Below, piece by piece: positions 22,743 to 36,329 of a DNA stretch of 64,000 nucleotides. Under the pieces are notes generated by a model. The model worked only from the letters and a program-made list of their open reading frames with translations. It was not told where the DNA came from and made no database searches. The position numbers were made by a program, and so were the translations under genes. Source of the stretch: Macrostomum lignano (lineage: Eukaryota); assembly GCA_002269645.1 (NCBI GenBank), contig NIVC01000694.1:62001-126000 (forward strand), read 5' to 3'. The number at the start of each line of letters is the position of its first letter. The stretch's first letter is position 1.

Positions 22743-24432
22743 TCAGGACGTCTCCTTCCTGACACCGCGTTTCCGCACTTGCTGACCGGAAGTGGCCGGA
22801 CGGGGATTCTCGGCCAGCTCGTCCGAGTCCTCGCCGCTGGCCTCATCCGGCTTGTCCACCTTCGCCGAGTCGCCTTTCGCGTCGCCGGGAACTGCGGCCG
22901 CCTCCTGCTGCCGGTGCCGCCGCCTGGCGCTCAGCAGGTCGCACAGGCAGACGAGGATGAGGCCGGCCACGAGGCCGGAGACCAGGGTGGCCAGCGCCAG
23001 CACCAGATAGGCCAGCGGGGAGGGCAGGCCGCGCTCCTCCACCAGGTGAGTGTGCAGCTTCTTCAGGCGGACGGCGGCCTGAATGAGGCGGCCGAGGCAG
23101 CGCATGTGCAGCGCTGTGGGCACCCGGTACCACGGCAGCGGCGGAAGGCGGGCGTACTCGGCCTGAGTTCGGGTGGCAAGTATTAGCCGCAACTGCCTAC
23201 TCATAGTAGAATCGTTTGCTGAGTCAGTGTTCCCATCTCATCCCAGATTTGAGTCCACCCTCATCATGATCCCACCTCATCCAAATTTAAGCCTCCTCAT
23301 GATTCCATCTCAACCCAGATTTGAGTCTCCTCATCATGATCCCATCTTATCCAGATTTGAGTCCATCCTCAAAATCATCTCATCTCGTCCCAGATTTAAG
23401 TCCACCTTCATCATGATCCCATCTCATCCCAGATTTGAGTCCACATTCATCATGATCCCATCTTTTCCAGATTTGAGTCCACCCTCATCATGATCCCATC
23501 TTATCCAGATTTGAGTCCACCCTCATCATGATCCCATCTCGTCCCAGATTCGAGTGCACCCTCATCATGATCCCATCTCGTCCCAGATTCGAGTCCACCC
23601 TCATCATGATCCCATCTCGTCCAAGATTAGAGTCCACCTTCATCATGATCCCATCTCATCCCAGATTCGAGTCCACCCTCATCATGATCCCATCTCATCC
23701 CAGATTCGAGTCCACCCTCATCATGATCCCATCTCATCACAGATTTGAGTAAACCCTCATCATGATCCCATCTCGTCGCAGATTTGAGTAAACCCTTATG
23801 ATCCCATCTCGTCGCAGATTTGAGTCCACCCTCATCATGATCTTATCTTACCCAGATTTGAGTCCATCCTCATCATGATTCCATCTTACCCAGATTTGAG
23901 TCCATCCTCATCATGATTCCATCTCTGGACAACTTCGAGTTTACCTAATGATCCATTACACCTTGAGCCCAGGCCGCCATCCCATACCCCATGAGCAGCT
24001 GAGCAGTCGCGCTCACAGCCCCACACAGCCGGCAGTCACCTGCTGGATGTAGCGCAGCAGCGCAGGCAGTGACCGGTCGCCGCTGTGCTGCCAGAATTGG
24101 CCTTCGTGCAGCACGTACAGAGAAGGCAGGCCGGTGACCAGGAACATGCCAGCCAGGGCCTCGTTCCTGGTGACGTCCACCTGGGCGATGCTGACATCCC
24201 GCGGCAGGTCCTCACTGGCCGCCAGGTTCTGCCAGGTGGGCGCCAGGCTGCGGCAGGCGTCGCACCAGGGCGCGTAGAATTTGATGAACCAGCGGCCGCC
24301 AGCCAGCACCTCCGGCCAGGTTTCCTCGTCGATGTCCACCCGCATGCCGCCGCGGGCAGCAGCAAGCGGGACTTGGCCAGCCAGCAGCAGCAGCACAGGC
24401 AGCAATGGGAGCAAGCTGCGTTGAAGCAGCAT
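22743..24432 (-). CDS. TMX1: Thioredoxin-related transmembrane protein (TMX1/TMX4-like); exons 24432-24040 and 23162-22743
   Basis: Signal peptide, WFIKFYAPWCDAC thioredoxin site, IAQVDVT..LAGMFLVTGLPSLY, phase-0 splice, LHTHLVEERGLP, a TM helix ending VCLCD, acidic tail and RKR near the C-terminus, matching TMX1 architecture. Confidence 0.88.
23255..23925. repeat. 39-bp minisatellite (~17 diverged units) in the TMX1-like intron
   Basis: Unit CATCATGATCCCATCTCATCCCAGATTTGAGTCCACCCT. Confidence 0.95.
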
Positions 24433-25237
24433 GATGGCAGAGTACTGCATGAATTCAAACAGCTTGACTTGCACTGCGCTCGCATGGGAGGCTGGGAGCC
24501 AAAGAATGTACTTTTAGCAAATTATGTTGCAGTAGGAGTTAATTTTCTGATATGATGGCAAGCATACAAGTTGCTAGCTAATATGGGCATATATAGACTG
24601 CCTATTTAAAAAGGCAAACATCCACAGACCCTACAACTAAACTGAAGCTATGCTACTGTTAGTAGTATCTATTAGTAGCATATCTCCCTGTGGTATTTTA
24701 GTTATGGTGAAATCAATTAATTCTTTGGAGCTTCAAAAGGAAATTTAAATAGAAATAAAAATACCTTTTTTGCTTTCTGAATATTGAAAATACAAAGCAT
24801 TGCATCTATAACTGCCTGATTTTACAAGTCTATCTATCTTGGCTTACAAGCATAAACCAGAATTTCTTTAATGTTTTAGGCCCAAAAATGTTAAACCCAA
24901 GCTTAAAGTTGTCTACTAGGCCTAGCAAAAGCAAAAGTTGGCAAAGTCTGTTTGCTTAAGGTTGTATTTTTTTACTTTTTCTCATCCTTTTTTCTTATTT
25001 GGCTTATGTTGCACATTAGGTTTTCTAATCATCTGCACCCTATATTAGAATGAACCTAAAAATAGATGAGCCTAGACACTTAATCAAGCATGCAGAAAAA
25101 CTTTGATTCTAAGCATATAGCTATGTAGGATCATAAGAATAATAATAAAAAAGGAATTCTTAGAATATGGCTGTCCAGAAAGTTGTGAGAATGTATTTAA
25201 AAAACCAGTCAGAACTATCAGAAAACATGATAACATA

Positions 25238-26300
25238 CTAGTTGGTAATATAATCTCCTCATGCATTGATTACAGCTTGGCAATGGTCAACAAGTCACTG
25301 AACCTCTCTTTTCAAGCAATCTTCATCAAGGCCTCTTACCCATTGCAATGCAGCTTTTCAAACTTCATTGTGGTCACTGAACACTTGCCTAGAAAAATCA
25401 GTCTTCATCCAACTGAAAAAATGGTCACACAAATTGAAGTCTAGGCTGTAAGGACTCTGAAAAACCAGATGAACTCCATGGGACTCTATGTACTGCTACA
25501 CAGAATGAGCCACATCAGGTTGCGCATTGTCCCACTGCTAAATAACATCCAAAAGATGAATTGGCCTTGACCAGAGAGTACGTCATAGGTCTCCCATGTG
25601 CCAAATGAATTCAACTATGCCATTTGCATCAACAGTTTGCTTTGGGGCTATGGATTCAATAGAGAAGTGCTTGTTAGAGTAAAAGCAACTAGAAGCATTG
25701 TCTTTGCATTGCCAACTGAGTGCCTGACAACCTAGGGTCGATTATCCCCTTGGCCAAGTCAGCACCTATTGTTTTGCTTTGTGCCAATATTATTTAGGTA
25801 TACCTACATCTCATCTTCCACCATGTACTTGTCACAAAAGTTTTCCATGGCCTTGCAAAAAAGCCTGCAAATTTGCTTGGCACAATTGATGCAAGCAGTC
25901 TTGTTCACCTTGGATCGAGCACGAGGAACCCAGACAGTAGAAACATTTTAAAGGTGCAAATCCTCAGTCAAAATTTTGTACACTATAGTTTTTCCAACTT
26001 CCAAAAAGTCAGCAAGGTCTTAGACACTAACTAACTTTTGGATCCTTTTCAACAAGAGCTTGGTAGGTTTCAATCAGTTCTGCTATCCTTGTTGACTATG
26101 GCTAGCCAGTCCAAGGAGCTGAGATTAGGGGAAATGCTTTGTCACAGAACTTTAAATAGGCCCAACCATCTATAAATCATTGACTAGGCTGGTGCAGCAT
26201 CTTTATAAACTTTGAGCAGCTTATCATGATAGCTGATAACAAAGATTCTAAGATAGTATCTAACACAGGCATAAGCCTGGAAGTCTTCCTGATAGCCTGG
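25238..26300 (-). mobile_element. Degenerate mariner (DD34D) transposase relic
   Basis: Minus-strand translation gives HDKLLKVYKDAAP, VWVPR (WVPHEL motif), VEDE, QWDNAQP..SPYSLDFNLCD with 34 residues between the last two Asp, and C-terminal GDYI; several stops and frameshifts; TIRs not identified. Confidence 0.85.
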
Positions 26301-26604
26301 AAGCCTGGAAGTAACATGGCCTTAACCAATTTCTATAACCTTTCTATTCTAAGAAAAAGTGAATTTCTAGCTTGCTAAGCCTAGTAAAGTTTTTATATTC
26401 TTTTTTCATAGGCCTATAAGAAAATTGTGACTAGAAGTAAAATAAATAGTCTTGTAAAGACTTTACTAAAGTACAATATGAACAAATATTTTCTAGGCCT
26501 ATTATCTGGATTCTCACTTTGTAATAAAAAATCTAAGAAATGGTAGATAGGCTAATGCTAATAATGTTTTATAAAAAAGGACATGATATAGCATAGCAAT
26601 AAAC

Positions 26605-27248
26605 GGTTTCAACCCACTTCGGCGAAAGAATTTTCGGCGAAAGTCGATAACGGCGAAAAATACTTTCGCAATGACCATTTTGTCTAAAAGCTGACCATTT
26701 CGGCGAAAGATTTGTTTCAAGGTTCGGTGAAGAGTTTTTGTTGTTTTACGCTCGTAGAAGAAAGTTAAGAAGAAACGAACTTTATAAAGACTAATTTTAT
26801 TGTGACATGTTTTTTGTTATGTCGCAGTTTAATTCAGTTGTTTTATTGGATGCCGTTTCGTTACGGCGGGATTTCAAAGTTCGATTTTAGAAACTGAAGA
26901 TCAGTGGAACGACTTAAAAACCACAATTGTTACACACCGTCATCATCCCTAATCTCTCGATTGCATATCGATAGATCGCGCATGTACATAAAATAGCTAC
27001 CGGCTAAGTCATGAGTTTTTTTAATTTTCTAACTGCAAATAAATTGCAGCAATGAATAATTTATTAAAAGCTTCAATCACCAAATATATATTTGCAATTA
27101 TTGATATATAGGCCTACGTACTACGTAGCCGATCTTTTCGCCGAACTGGTCACTTTCTTTCGCCGAAATGTACATCGATTTAAACTAAAAATTCACTTTC
27201 ACCGAAGTGTCTTTCGCCGAAGATTCCTTCGCCGAAATGGGCTGCACC
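26605..27248. mobile_element. Non-autonomous DNA transposon (MITE), Mutator-like
   Basis: Inverted ends with multiple TTCGGCGAA / TTCGCCGAA subterminal repeats; 9-bp TSD GCAATAAAC / CCAATAAAC (8/9). Confidence 0.75.
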
Positions 27249-29172
27249 CCAATAAACATAGCATAAATAAACTAAAAAATTCTTCAAATTCTTCAGTTGG
27301 TGAATGCTAAATTAATTAAGGTGACGAAGCGACCTATAAAAGGTGCTTGATGAATGACAAAATGACTATGGCTAGGTCCTAGGAACTAATTTCTATATGC
27401 CTTGGCTTGGCTTTGAAAGCAAATAACAGGGCAATAGGCCTTACATTCTATGCTTGATATTCTGTATAACTATGTTCTGTGTAAAATACTAAAGCCAGTA
27501 CCATACCCTAGAGACATTACAGTACGAGCGTACTTACACTAACAGACGTACGAGTTTCCTGTTAAGACTACTTTCTAAGAAATGTAAGCGGAATGAATGC
27601 GATGAACAAAAGCTAGCTAGATTTTGTATCGGCCAGACGAGTATGTGTAACAGAATTCCCTGAATTGATTCGATTCATATATAATTTTTTCTTTGGCTCG
27701 GTTGACATCCAGATTCATGCAGTTGGTCTGGTAGCTTTACATACGAACGTGTGTATTCTTAGAGACCTGTACCTGGAAATATCGCAAACAGCCGGTGCTT
27801 GAATTCATTCAGAATATGATTTTAGACGGATGATAAATCACATGACGGAATACTGTGGATCCTACTGTGCTTTAGACCCTGGTGGCTGCACTGAAGAAAG
27901 ATCAGGGTCTGAATACGATGCTTTAAACGAGTCATATAATATGTATGCGTGAACTTTTGTTAAGAGTACATGTACTTTTGTCCCCACATAGCCCCATATA
28001 GTGGTCCTTCACATAGCATGGCGTGTGCTTGTGAAATGCAGTAGTGTAGCAATACTAGCTATAATTTTTATCCATCTGGATAGCATTACTAACACTGAGA
28101 ATAGTCGCGTACTTTAATATGCAGCTATTTATGTGCTCAGGTCAAAATCTAAAAGTTGGTTAGGGGGCACTTCTATTAAATTCCATGTAATTATAAACAG
28201 GTAACAGACAGGTGTTATTGCTTGGAACAGGCTGATAAAACCTCTCAGACCCATAAATCTTATCTCGCCCATAGTCTGGTTCAAAAGTCAGAAGTGTGTA
28301 GTGCACATTGTGTATAGTTGTGTCATTTTTACAGTCTTTGCCATTTCATTTCGCCGTCTTCTTTGGGTTGATAAGCTGATAGATTTAATAATGCCAGTCG
28401 GGTCACAGTTTTCATAGTTTGACAATTTACCACACTATTGTGCAGAACGTTATAGAGGCTTTGGAAGCAGAAAAAAATGCATGGCAGACCTTGTTGAGAA
28501 GACACTGCTGTGATGTTTAATGTACCTTAGAAGTCAGGCATGTAATATACATGTAACAGACACACGAAGCTTCCAGTGATGTCCGCAGCAGCAACCAACA
28601 CCGGTGACAAAATAAAGACAATTATTAAATTTGGCAGTAACTCTTCTTTATAAATAACTCTTCTTCTAAAAGGAATCTGTCTCAGGCTTTATAAGCTCCA
28701 GAAGACAAATCGCAGACAACTTAGTATATAAAATATAATAGCCACCCCTCTTCTACAGCCGAAGCCAGACGGAGGGCTTGAGAAGCAATTTATCTTCTCA
28801 GGAGTCTACAGTGGCAGCTACTCAAATTCGAGGCCAGCCTGACAACCTGCTCAAGCTCTCTTAGACTGGCTGGATTGCGTCTCCTACCCACGAATGTTGC
28901 TTTGCTGTTTATTGCCCCTGCTCAGGTTAACGGTGCACCGGGCCTAAGCCTTAAGCCTGAGCGTCCAGTCGTCTCGTTTTTTAGTGCGTCTCTGAGTTAA
29001 GACGATAAGTGTGTCGCCGCGTGTATTACTGCGCAACACCCAATCCAGGCGCAGTCTCGCCGTGCACTGGCTGCAATAATACAGTGTAAAATAAATGACA
29101 AGCAATTGACGTCAGTTTTCGGTGAACCACTGCTCCGCTATTCCGCAGCTGTTCTACAAAGTGAGCACCAAC

Positions 29173-32100
29173 ATGTTGAGTCGAGCGCACACATTTCACG
29201 GCGACTCGACGGCGGCCAGGCGGTTCAACGTGTCGACCCGCATGAAGGAGTCGCCGCAGGAGCCGGTGCGACTGCCGCCGATTAAGCGTGAGCCATCAGC
29301 TACTCGTATCTGTTTGCCAAGCATTCACTGGCTGAGTAGTTTACAGGCAAAGCAGTGCACTTTAATCAATCAATTAATGTAGATTTCGAACCCTACTCCA
29401 GCGTGCCTGTTAACATCAACTGGGATTTCTTCAAGAAATTCAAGTACGCGAAAGCTGGTTTTCAACGTGTGACAATCTGTTGGCTACGGCCGCACTAGAA
29501 ACTTAGATTAAGGAACTTTTCAGTTGTCCTTGGTTAGCCACTGAAGGTTGATACTTGCACAAGTTCATCAAATGGTTTTTCAGTTGTCCATGGCTAGCCA
29601 CTGAAGGTTGATACTTGCACAAGTTCATCAAATGGTTTTTCAGTTGTCCATGGCTAGCCACTGAAGGTTGATACTTGCACAAGTTCATCAAATGGTTTTT
29701 CAGTTGTCCATGGCTAGCCACTGAAGGTTGATACTTGCACAAGTTCATCAAATGGTTTTTGTTATTTTTGCTAGTTTTTACCCTAGATTTTCACCAATTA
29801 AATCTTATTGTCTCATTTCTAAGGCTTAACAGTATTGGTTTTGTCAGCCTAACTGAGAGTAAAGCCATCCAAAGTGAGAATCCTGCCTACGCTGACTGCG
29901 AAGGGCCTGGCTGCGTGCAGCCTTAGTCTATGGGCCATAGACTATAAAGGATAAGCAAAGTGATAGAAAGCCATCCAATGTGAGAAACCTGCCTACGCTG
30001 AATACGAAGGGCCTAGCTGCGTCCAGCCTAGTCTATGAGCCATATACTATAAAGGATAAGCTAGGATTGGCTAGTCATATGGCTCAGAAGCTCAGAAGGT
30101 ATAAAAATAAAAGAATACGACGCATAGACCAATCGATTCTCACATTGGATGGCTTTTTATCACTTTGCTTGTCCTTTATTGTCTATGGCCCATAGACTAA
30201 GGCTGCACGCAGCCAGGCCCTTCGCAGTCAGCGTAGGCAGGATTATCATTTTGGGTGGCTTTATTCTCAGTTGGGCTGACAAAAGCAATACATGTGAAGG
30301 TTATTAAACCGTGACCCATGACCGTGATCATTTGCAAGAAACACTTCAGACCAAACTTTCACCCTCTGGATAAAACACCACTGAGATTTGGGAGGCAAAA
30401 AGCATATGCAACAAAGGCACATGTAAGCTACTCGAAATAGAAGCGTGTGTTTTACTTACTATTATATTACGCTTTCGTGGCTCCCTAGGGACCGAGTACT
30501 CGTACTCTGCAGCTATAAATGCCCTTCATTTAACCCCTACTCACAGACAGCTTCAAACAATAGAAAATTTTATCATTATACCATTTTGCCAAACTGCTAA
30601 CAAGCTTCTGTGCAGCGAGGCGAGCGGACAGAATTAATGACGACCCCGTCAAGCTTGAGACTCGCCTTAATCCCTTAATTGTTCTCTCATCGCTGCAGTG
30701 CTCAATGCCGCGCAGTTACTAAATTATGCCAGGTGGCTTAGAGTGGTAATAGTCTATCTCTGAGTCTGTTCTACTCAGCCGTCAAGCCCTTTTTTGAACC
30801 AATCTCTGGCAGCCTCTGAAGCGAGCCCTCAGCAGGCGGCCGGCCTCAACAACGAGCTGATCCGCCTGCGCGCCCAGCAGACAGTGGGCGGCAACCCGAA
30901 GCTCTGCTTCTCGGAGGCAAGTTTTTTGGAGACATGGAAATCTTAATTGTAATAGTGACTTGAGCAGACATTCAGCCTCAGCTGCTCTGTTCATTTTAGT
31001 GATTTGAGCAGACATTCAGCCTCAGCTGCTCTGTTTATTTTAGTGACTTGAGCAGACATTCAGCCTCAGCTGCTCTGTTCATTTTAGCGACTTGAGCAGA
31101 CATTCAGCCTCAGCTGCTCTGTTCATTTTAGTGAATTGAGCAGACATTCAGCTCAGCTGCTCTGTTCATTTTAGTGACTTGAGCAGACATTCAGCCTCAG
31201 CTGCTCTGTTCATTTTAGTGATTTGAGCAGACATTCAGCCTCAGCTGCTCTGTTTATTTTAGTGACTTGAGCAGACATTCAGCCTCAGCTGCTCTGTTCA
31301 TTTTAGTGACTTGAGCAGACATTCAGTGTCAGCTGCTCTGTTCATTTTAGTGACTTGAGCAGACATTCAGTGTCAGCTGCTCTGTTCATTTTAGTGACTT
31401 GAGCAGACATTCAGTGTCAGCTGCTCTGTTTATTTTAGTGACTTGAGCAGACATTCAGCCTCAGCTGCTCTGTTCATTTTATAGCGACTTGAGCAGACAT
31501 TCAGCCTCAGCTGCTCTGTTCATTTTAGTGAATTGAGCAGACATTCAGCTCAGCTGCTCTGTTCATTTTAGTGACTTGAGCAGACATTCAGCCTCAGCTG
31601 CTCTGTTCATTTTAGTGATTTGAGCAGACATTCAGCCTCAGCTGCTCTGTTTATTTTAGTGACTTGAGCAGACATTCAGCCTCAGCTGCTCTGTTCATTT
31701 TAGTGACTTGAGCAGACATTCAGCTCAGCTGCTCTGTTCATTTTAGTGACTTGAGCAGATATTTAACCTCAGCTCTTCTATTTATTTCAGACCACAGTGT
31801 TCCCAGCTAGAAAAGAGGTAGGTCCACTTTTGACGAAGTGTGGCAATCTGATTAGCAAAACCTAGTTTAAATACATGCATGCAGAACAGTTTAGTCTCAG
31901 GCATTCAATTTCGCTTGGCAGCCCAAAACGGCCATCTCGGTGCACCCGAAGTTTCTGGACGAGCCGCCGTCCGGGCGCTACTATTACCCCGGATACTCTC
32001 CCTACCTGATGGACCGGGACAGCGAGCAGCGCTACTTTATATCCGGCTACTCCGGCTTTGTGCCCCGCCTGCGGCAACGCCTGGGTGGCACCTACCCGGT

Positions 32101-32968
32101 GCTCACACACGACGCTCTGGAGGACTTCGACCGGGCCAGGCGGCTGCACGCGGCTGCGCTGGCCGGGCTTGAGGCCTCGGACGCTGAGGCTGTCGGCGAG
32201 GAAAAGGCGGCGGGCCAGGCAGGGCGGGGGCGCCTGCGGGGGAGGCGTGGCGAGGGGGTCATCTACCGCAAGTGCGAGGGGCTCCTGCCGAACTATTACG
32301 GACACATCCCAGGTGAGCAGGCGGACTCATTTCTGCAGAAGGCGCTCAAAATAGGCCACAATTTATTAGAAGTTGGTTGGCTACTAATTCCCTAAAATCT
32401 CTGAACTACATGAATTGGTCTCCTTAACGGTACTTTTACAGCGCTGACTACACTTACATTTTAGTATAAGATGTGCACTAAGCATATTTGTCTCTGATAA
32501 TCAATTTTTTTCAAGCAATTCTGTAGACCTGGAAATCTGCTTGCTGATATACCTACACTTTCTCTAGCAGTTGGGATCTCAAAACAGAGATGATGTAGCT
32601 CGAACTTTGTATATAGTCCTTTTCTATTTTTTATTATTGTCTTGTACACGATTGCTACGTCCAGGGATCTGCTCTGGGATTCTGTTCTGAGATTCTATTC
32701 TGGGATTCTGTACTGGGATTCTGCTCTGGGATTCTGTACTGGAATTCTGTACTGGAATTCTGTACTGAGAATCGGTACTGGGAATCTGTACTGGGATTCT
32801 GTACTGGGATTCTGTACTGGGATTCTGCACTGGGATTCTGCATGCGAAAAGCTTCTGAGCACGGCAAAACAGCGCCAACTTGTCCCACCTTTGACTTTCG
32901 CAGGCCACCGTCGCCGCTTCGGACAGTCTTTCGGTCGCATCACCGTGAACGCCAGGGAGCTGGCCTAG
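29173..32968 (+). CDS. FAM166/CIMIP2-like ciliary microtubule inner protein, 224 aa; exons 29173-29287, 30813-30916, 31922-32312, 32904-32968
   Basis: All four exons join in phase; two FAM166-type repeats (FISGYSGFVPRLRQRLGGTYPVLTHDAL and LLPNYYGHIPGHRRRFGQSFGRITVNA); intron 2 has a GC donor. Confidence 0.8.
29521..29760. repeat. 60-bp tandem repeat x4 (intron 1)
   Basis: Unit CAGTTGTCCATGGCTAGCCACTGAAGGTTGATACTTGCACAAGTTCATCAAATGGTTTTT. Confidence 0.97.
29832..30291. mobile_element. Foldback/MITE-like element with ~155-bp inverted arms
   Basis: 29832-29986 is the near reverse complement of 30137-30291; the spacer holds a direct copy of part of the left arm; TSD not resolved. Confidence 0.7.
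30955..31775. repeat. 44-bp minisatellite, ~19 units (intron 2)
   Basis: Unit GACTTGAGCAGACATTCAGCCTCAGCTGCTCTGTTCATTTTAGT. Confidence 0.97.
32665..32845. repeat. 13-bp minisatellite (intron 3)
   Basis: Unit GGGATTCTGTACT, ~13 copies. Confidence 0.93.
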
Positions 32969-34193
32969 GCTGCAGTGCGCAGCAGGCGGTGACCGGACCG
33001 GCTGCTGCACTCCAACTTTGCTTGGCTCAGGAGCCAACAGATTCAACAGATCCAGACTTCTGATCTGCTAATAAATTTCAGTGTGTACTAAAACATTATG
33101 AACTTAATTTCTCCCAATAACTTTTGTAATATATTCCTACCGATTCTAATGGTTAGCAAATGAACTAACTTAACGACCAATTATTTTGATAACAATAATC
33201 GCACAATACACAGGTGTAGTTCGTCAAAAAAACGTTCGATTCACTTTGTGCACTCGGAGTGGAGCTTCAGACAAATGTCTGAGTTGTTTGAAATCATTTT
33301 TCAAACACTTCTTGTTTTGAAAAAAATCCTTTTATTTGAGAATACATCCAAGATTAATAAATTGATAAAAACATTGCGTGGAGTGCACCGATAAGGTTTC
33401 TGGATATTAAAAGTGAACATTGAAGACAATTTCCCTCAATGCAGAGAGCAATTTACTTTTTGAAAACGTGTTCAGAAGAACTGGAAAATCCGCGGAAAAA
33501 CCGTTGAATCGGGAGCTATCTATTCTAGTAGGTTAATTGTACTCATATGCATTAAAACTGTATTAATTATGTTACTGTACGAGCAAATACAAGGTTATTT
33601 GAGGTCCTTGAGGTCCAGTCCTAGCAGCGGAAGCCAAAGAGTAGCTGTGATTCAAGTAGAGAGCATCACCTTGTTGGGGCACGAAAAGGCACAAATTTAT
33701 CAAAAGTATACATGCCCCGGTATATCCGATAACCCCAGACAAACTTGGAGACTACGAGCGTACCTTCTTCACCTCTTTTGGATACATACGACGATATTTG
33801 ACGCTTTGAATTTCAATTCAGTATGCTCGTAATGAGGACCTTAAAAATGTAAGTTTATCAGTGTGCTTTGTCGCGTTCCAAAGCAGGTGGAATTATGTAT
33901 GGCTTTACATTTTCAAAATGGGATTAGCTGTTGCTGATGAAACTAAACAGAGGGAATAAGGGTTTCTCATAGGAATATATAAAGCTTTTATTTTTACTTG
34001 TACCAGCGAACCAAAATCTTCAACAAGTAGAACGCAACGTCGCATTGCAAAGCCAACTTGAGGCTCAGAAAATTCAGAACGAACGGCCAACCGTGAAAGC
34101 AGAAAAATTAAATTAGAGTTAAATTAGAGCAAGAGTGTGATAAAAATGAAATATGAAAGTATTTTCCACTCAATTCCAAACCCTTGGTCAGTT

Positions 34194-36227
34194 CTAAGCA
34201 CGAGGCTCCACGTAAAGCTCTGACAGAACCTGCAGGTACCCATTATCATCCACAAAAGTGCGAAGGACCTCCTCCATGGGATCATCACGCCTGGACTTCT
34301 TAGTTGCAGGGTCAGAGACTGAAAATCATCATGGAAAATAAAAATAATGCGTAAGGATTTGCGCCATTAAATTTAGTAACAAAACGGTTACCTGACGGAT
34401 CGTTTGACAAATTGATCAGCTCCAGTTTCACCGGCTCGCTCGAGTCATCATTCCTCTTGTCAATGAGGGTCACAGAAAATGAGCCGGAAACAACGTTTGT
34501 CAAGGTCAGCTGCTCGAAGTTGAACACTACCAGGTGCTGTAAAGGCATTAGGAACATTTAGAGGCATGAACGCACGAACTGACAAGATGACCAAAATTTT
34601 TCTGATCGACATTAAATAAGCTTCCGTTGCCTCTGAAAACATACCTGGGATAAAAGGTTATCGCAATTGCATGATTGAAGACCTTTAAGTTGGATTGCAA
34701 GCAGTGATTTGAGGGGTTGCTAACGTACAGCTCGTGCTTCTGTTCCACCTTCTATTACAGTGCTTTTGAATAGGTAACTATGCTGATCACTCAGCCCTGA
34801 CTGAGATTGCGTAATTATGCAGTGTATTTCTGCATCAGTTTACACATGAACTCTGAGACTTTACCTTCTTCAACTCCTTTGGCTGCAGCTCGATAATCAA
34901 AAAAGGCTCTGATTTCTGCTCCAGCCGCACAGTTAATTCGGAAACTTTTTCAGCTGCAATTGTGATCTGATTTATTTGCATTCAGGAATTCAAAAATGCA
35001 CAATTTGGTAATCCAAATAAAAGCTGCATACCTGGCAGATCGTCCTTCGTGTAAAGCCACACGTCCTGGTCGGGACGCGACACCGAGTCCGGAATGATTA
35101 ACTCGATTTCCATTTTGGAGAAGATCTCTGGAATGAAATAGCTCTTGTTCTAAGTCAAGCAGTCTCTCAGGTCATCTACCTGATTGCAAATACCTAACGC
35201 AAAGTTAAAGGGAAAGTTCACTCACTGGCATCTCCAATGACTTCGGTGTACACAGGTCTGCAGTCCGCAGCGAGCCAGTCACTTGAGCCCGGCAGCTGAT
35301 AAAACACTTGGAAGGCCAGTCTGAGTTTGTTGATGTCTTTGCCTAGGAATGGCCTCTCCCTTGGATCCTCTGCGGATGAATGAGAGCTTACCTTCTTGAA
35401 AAGACGGATTCAGCGTTTTGAAGGTCTATCAAATCATGACTTACTTTTAAAAAAGTTGTACTTTTGAATTCTTTCCATGTAAAAGTTATCTTCTTGTGCG
35501 GTTCCATTCTGAAGGCCGATATACGCTGGAAATCCATTCTCAGAGGCTCCGCTCGGCTTGCCTTTCGACTTCCTCTGCTTTTTCGGAGTGCACACGATGC
35601 CGACCTTCTCCAGCCTGAGTAGAAGCAGAATGCATCGATCAGGTAGTATGTGCAACAGGAGATCCTTCAGCTCTTTCTAATACTTTGTTTCCTAATGTCT
35701 TTATGTTCATACTTGCACTTTTAGCTCACTTTTTATGCTGTGTGGGCCAGCATAAGCCCAGAGCCCGAAACAGGAGAACGGAATTCGCAAAAAGTCTTGC
35801 CTCTCCACACTTCTAAAACTGACCCATGCTCGACTTCTTCCGAGAAGGAAAAAGTGGACACTCCTCAGATAAACTAGACTGCGATAAAGACTGAGACTCA
35901 CTTCACTTCCTGCTCGGATGGCCCGGATTCGCTGCTCAGCTTCTTCTCGAACACGCCGTTCCGACAGTCGTCCCCAGTCAGGTAGAACGGGTGCGTCATC
36001 AGGTCCTCGAATACGGTGCAGCCGACCAGCTTCAGCTTGCAGTCGGGGCTCACAGATTGGACAGTCGCAGTCACCTCAACTGGATGCCTGCCTCCAGGAG
36101 CGCGGCTGCGCAGAACACTGCCCATGCGGCCATCGCTGACCTCCCTCAGGTAGCGAAATCGATGGATTTTCGTCGGCTGATGCTGATCAGCGATGGACAG
36201 AGACAGCTTGGGAGCCGGTTCAGACAT
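34194..36227 (-). CDS. Rel-homology-domain transcription factor, paralog 1 (364 aa); exons 36227-35902, 35614-35445, 35369-35226, 35127-35032, 34953-34865, 34536-34392, 34318-34194
   Basis: Seven exons join in phase: QPTKIHRFRYLRE loop, HPFYLTGDDCRNGVF, LEKVGIVCTPKK, INKLRLAFQVF..PVYTEVIGD, IPT-like DQDVWLYT..ELTVRLE..ELKKHLVVF..VTLIDKRNDDSSEP, basic KKSRR and a short acidic tail. Confidence 0.85.
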
Positions 36228-36329
36228 TTGCGTTTGCTGGATAAAAATATGGCAAGGCGTGGGGAAGCAGTTGTTGTGCAGCTGTCAGGAGGGTCGCCAC
36301 ACACATCCTTAATAACCCCGGCTAATTCT

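Noticed and set aside
34645-34690. Extra RHD exon VFNHAIAITFYP (also in paralog 2)
   Set aside because: It breaks the phase, whereas a direct ELKK|HLVVF join is phase 0 and matches paralog 3.
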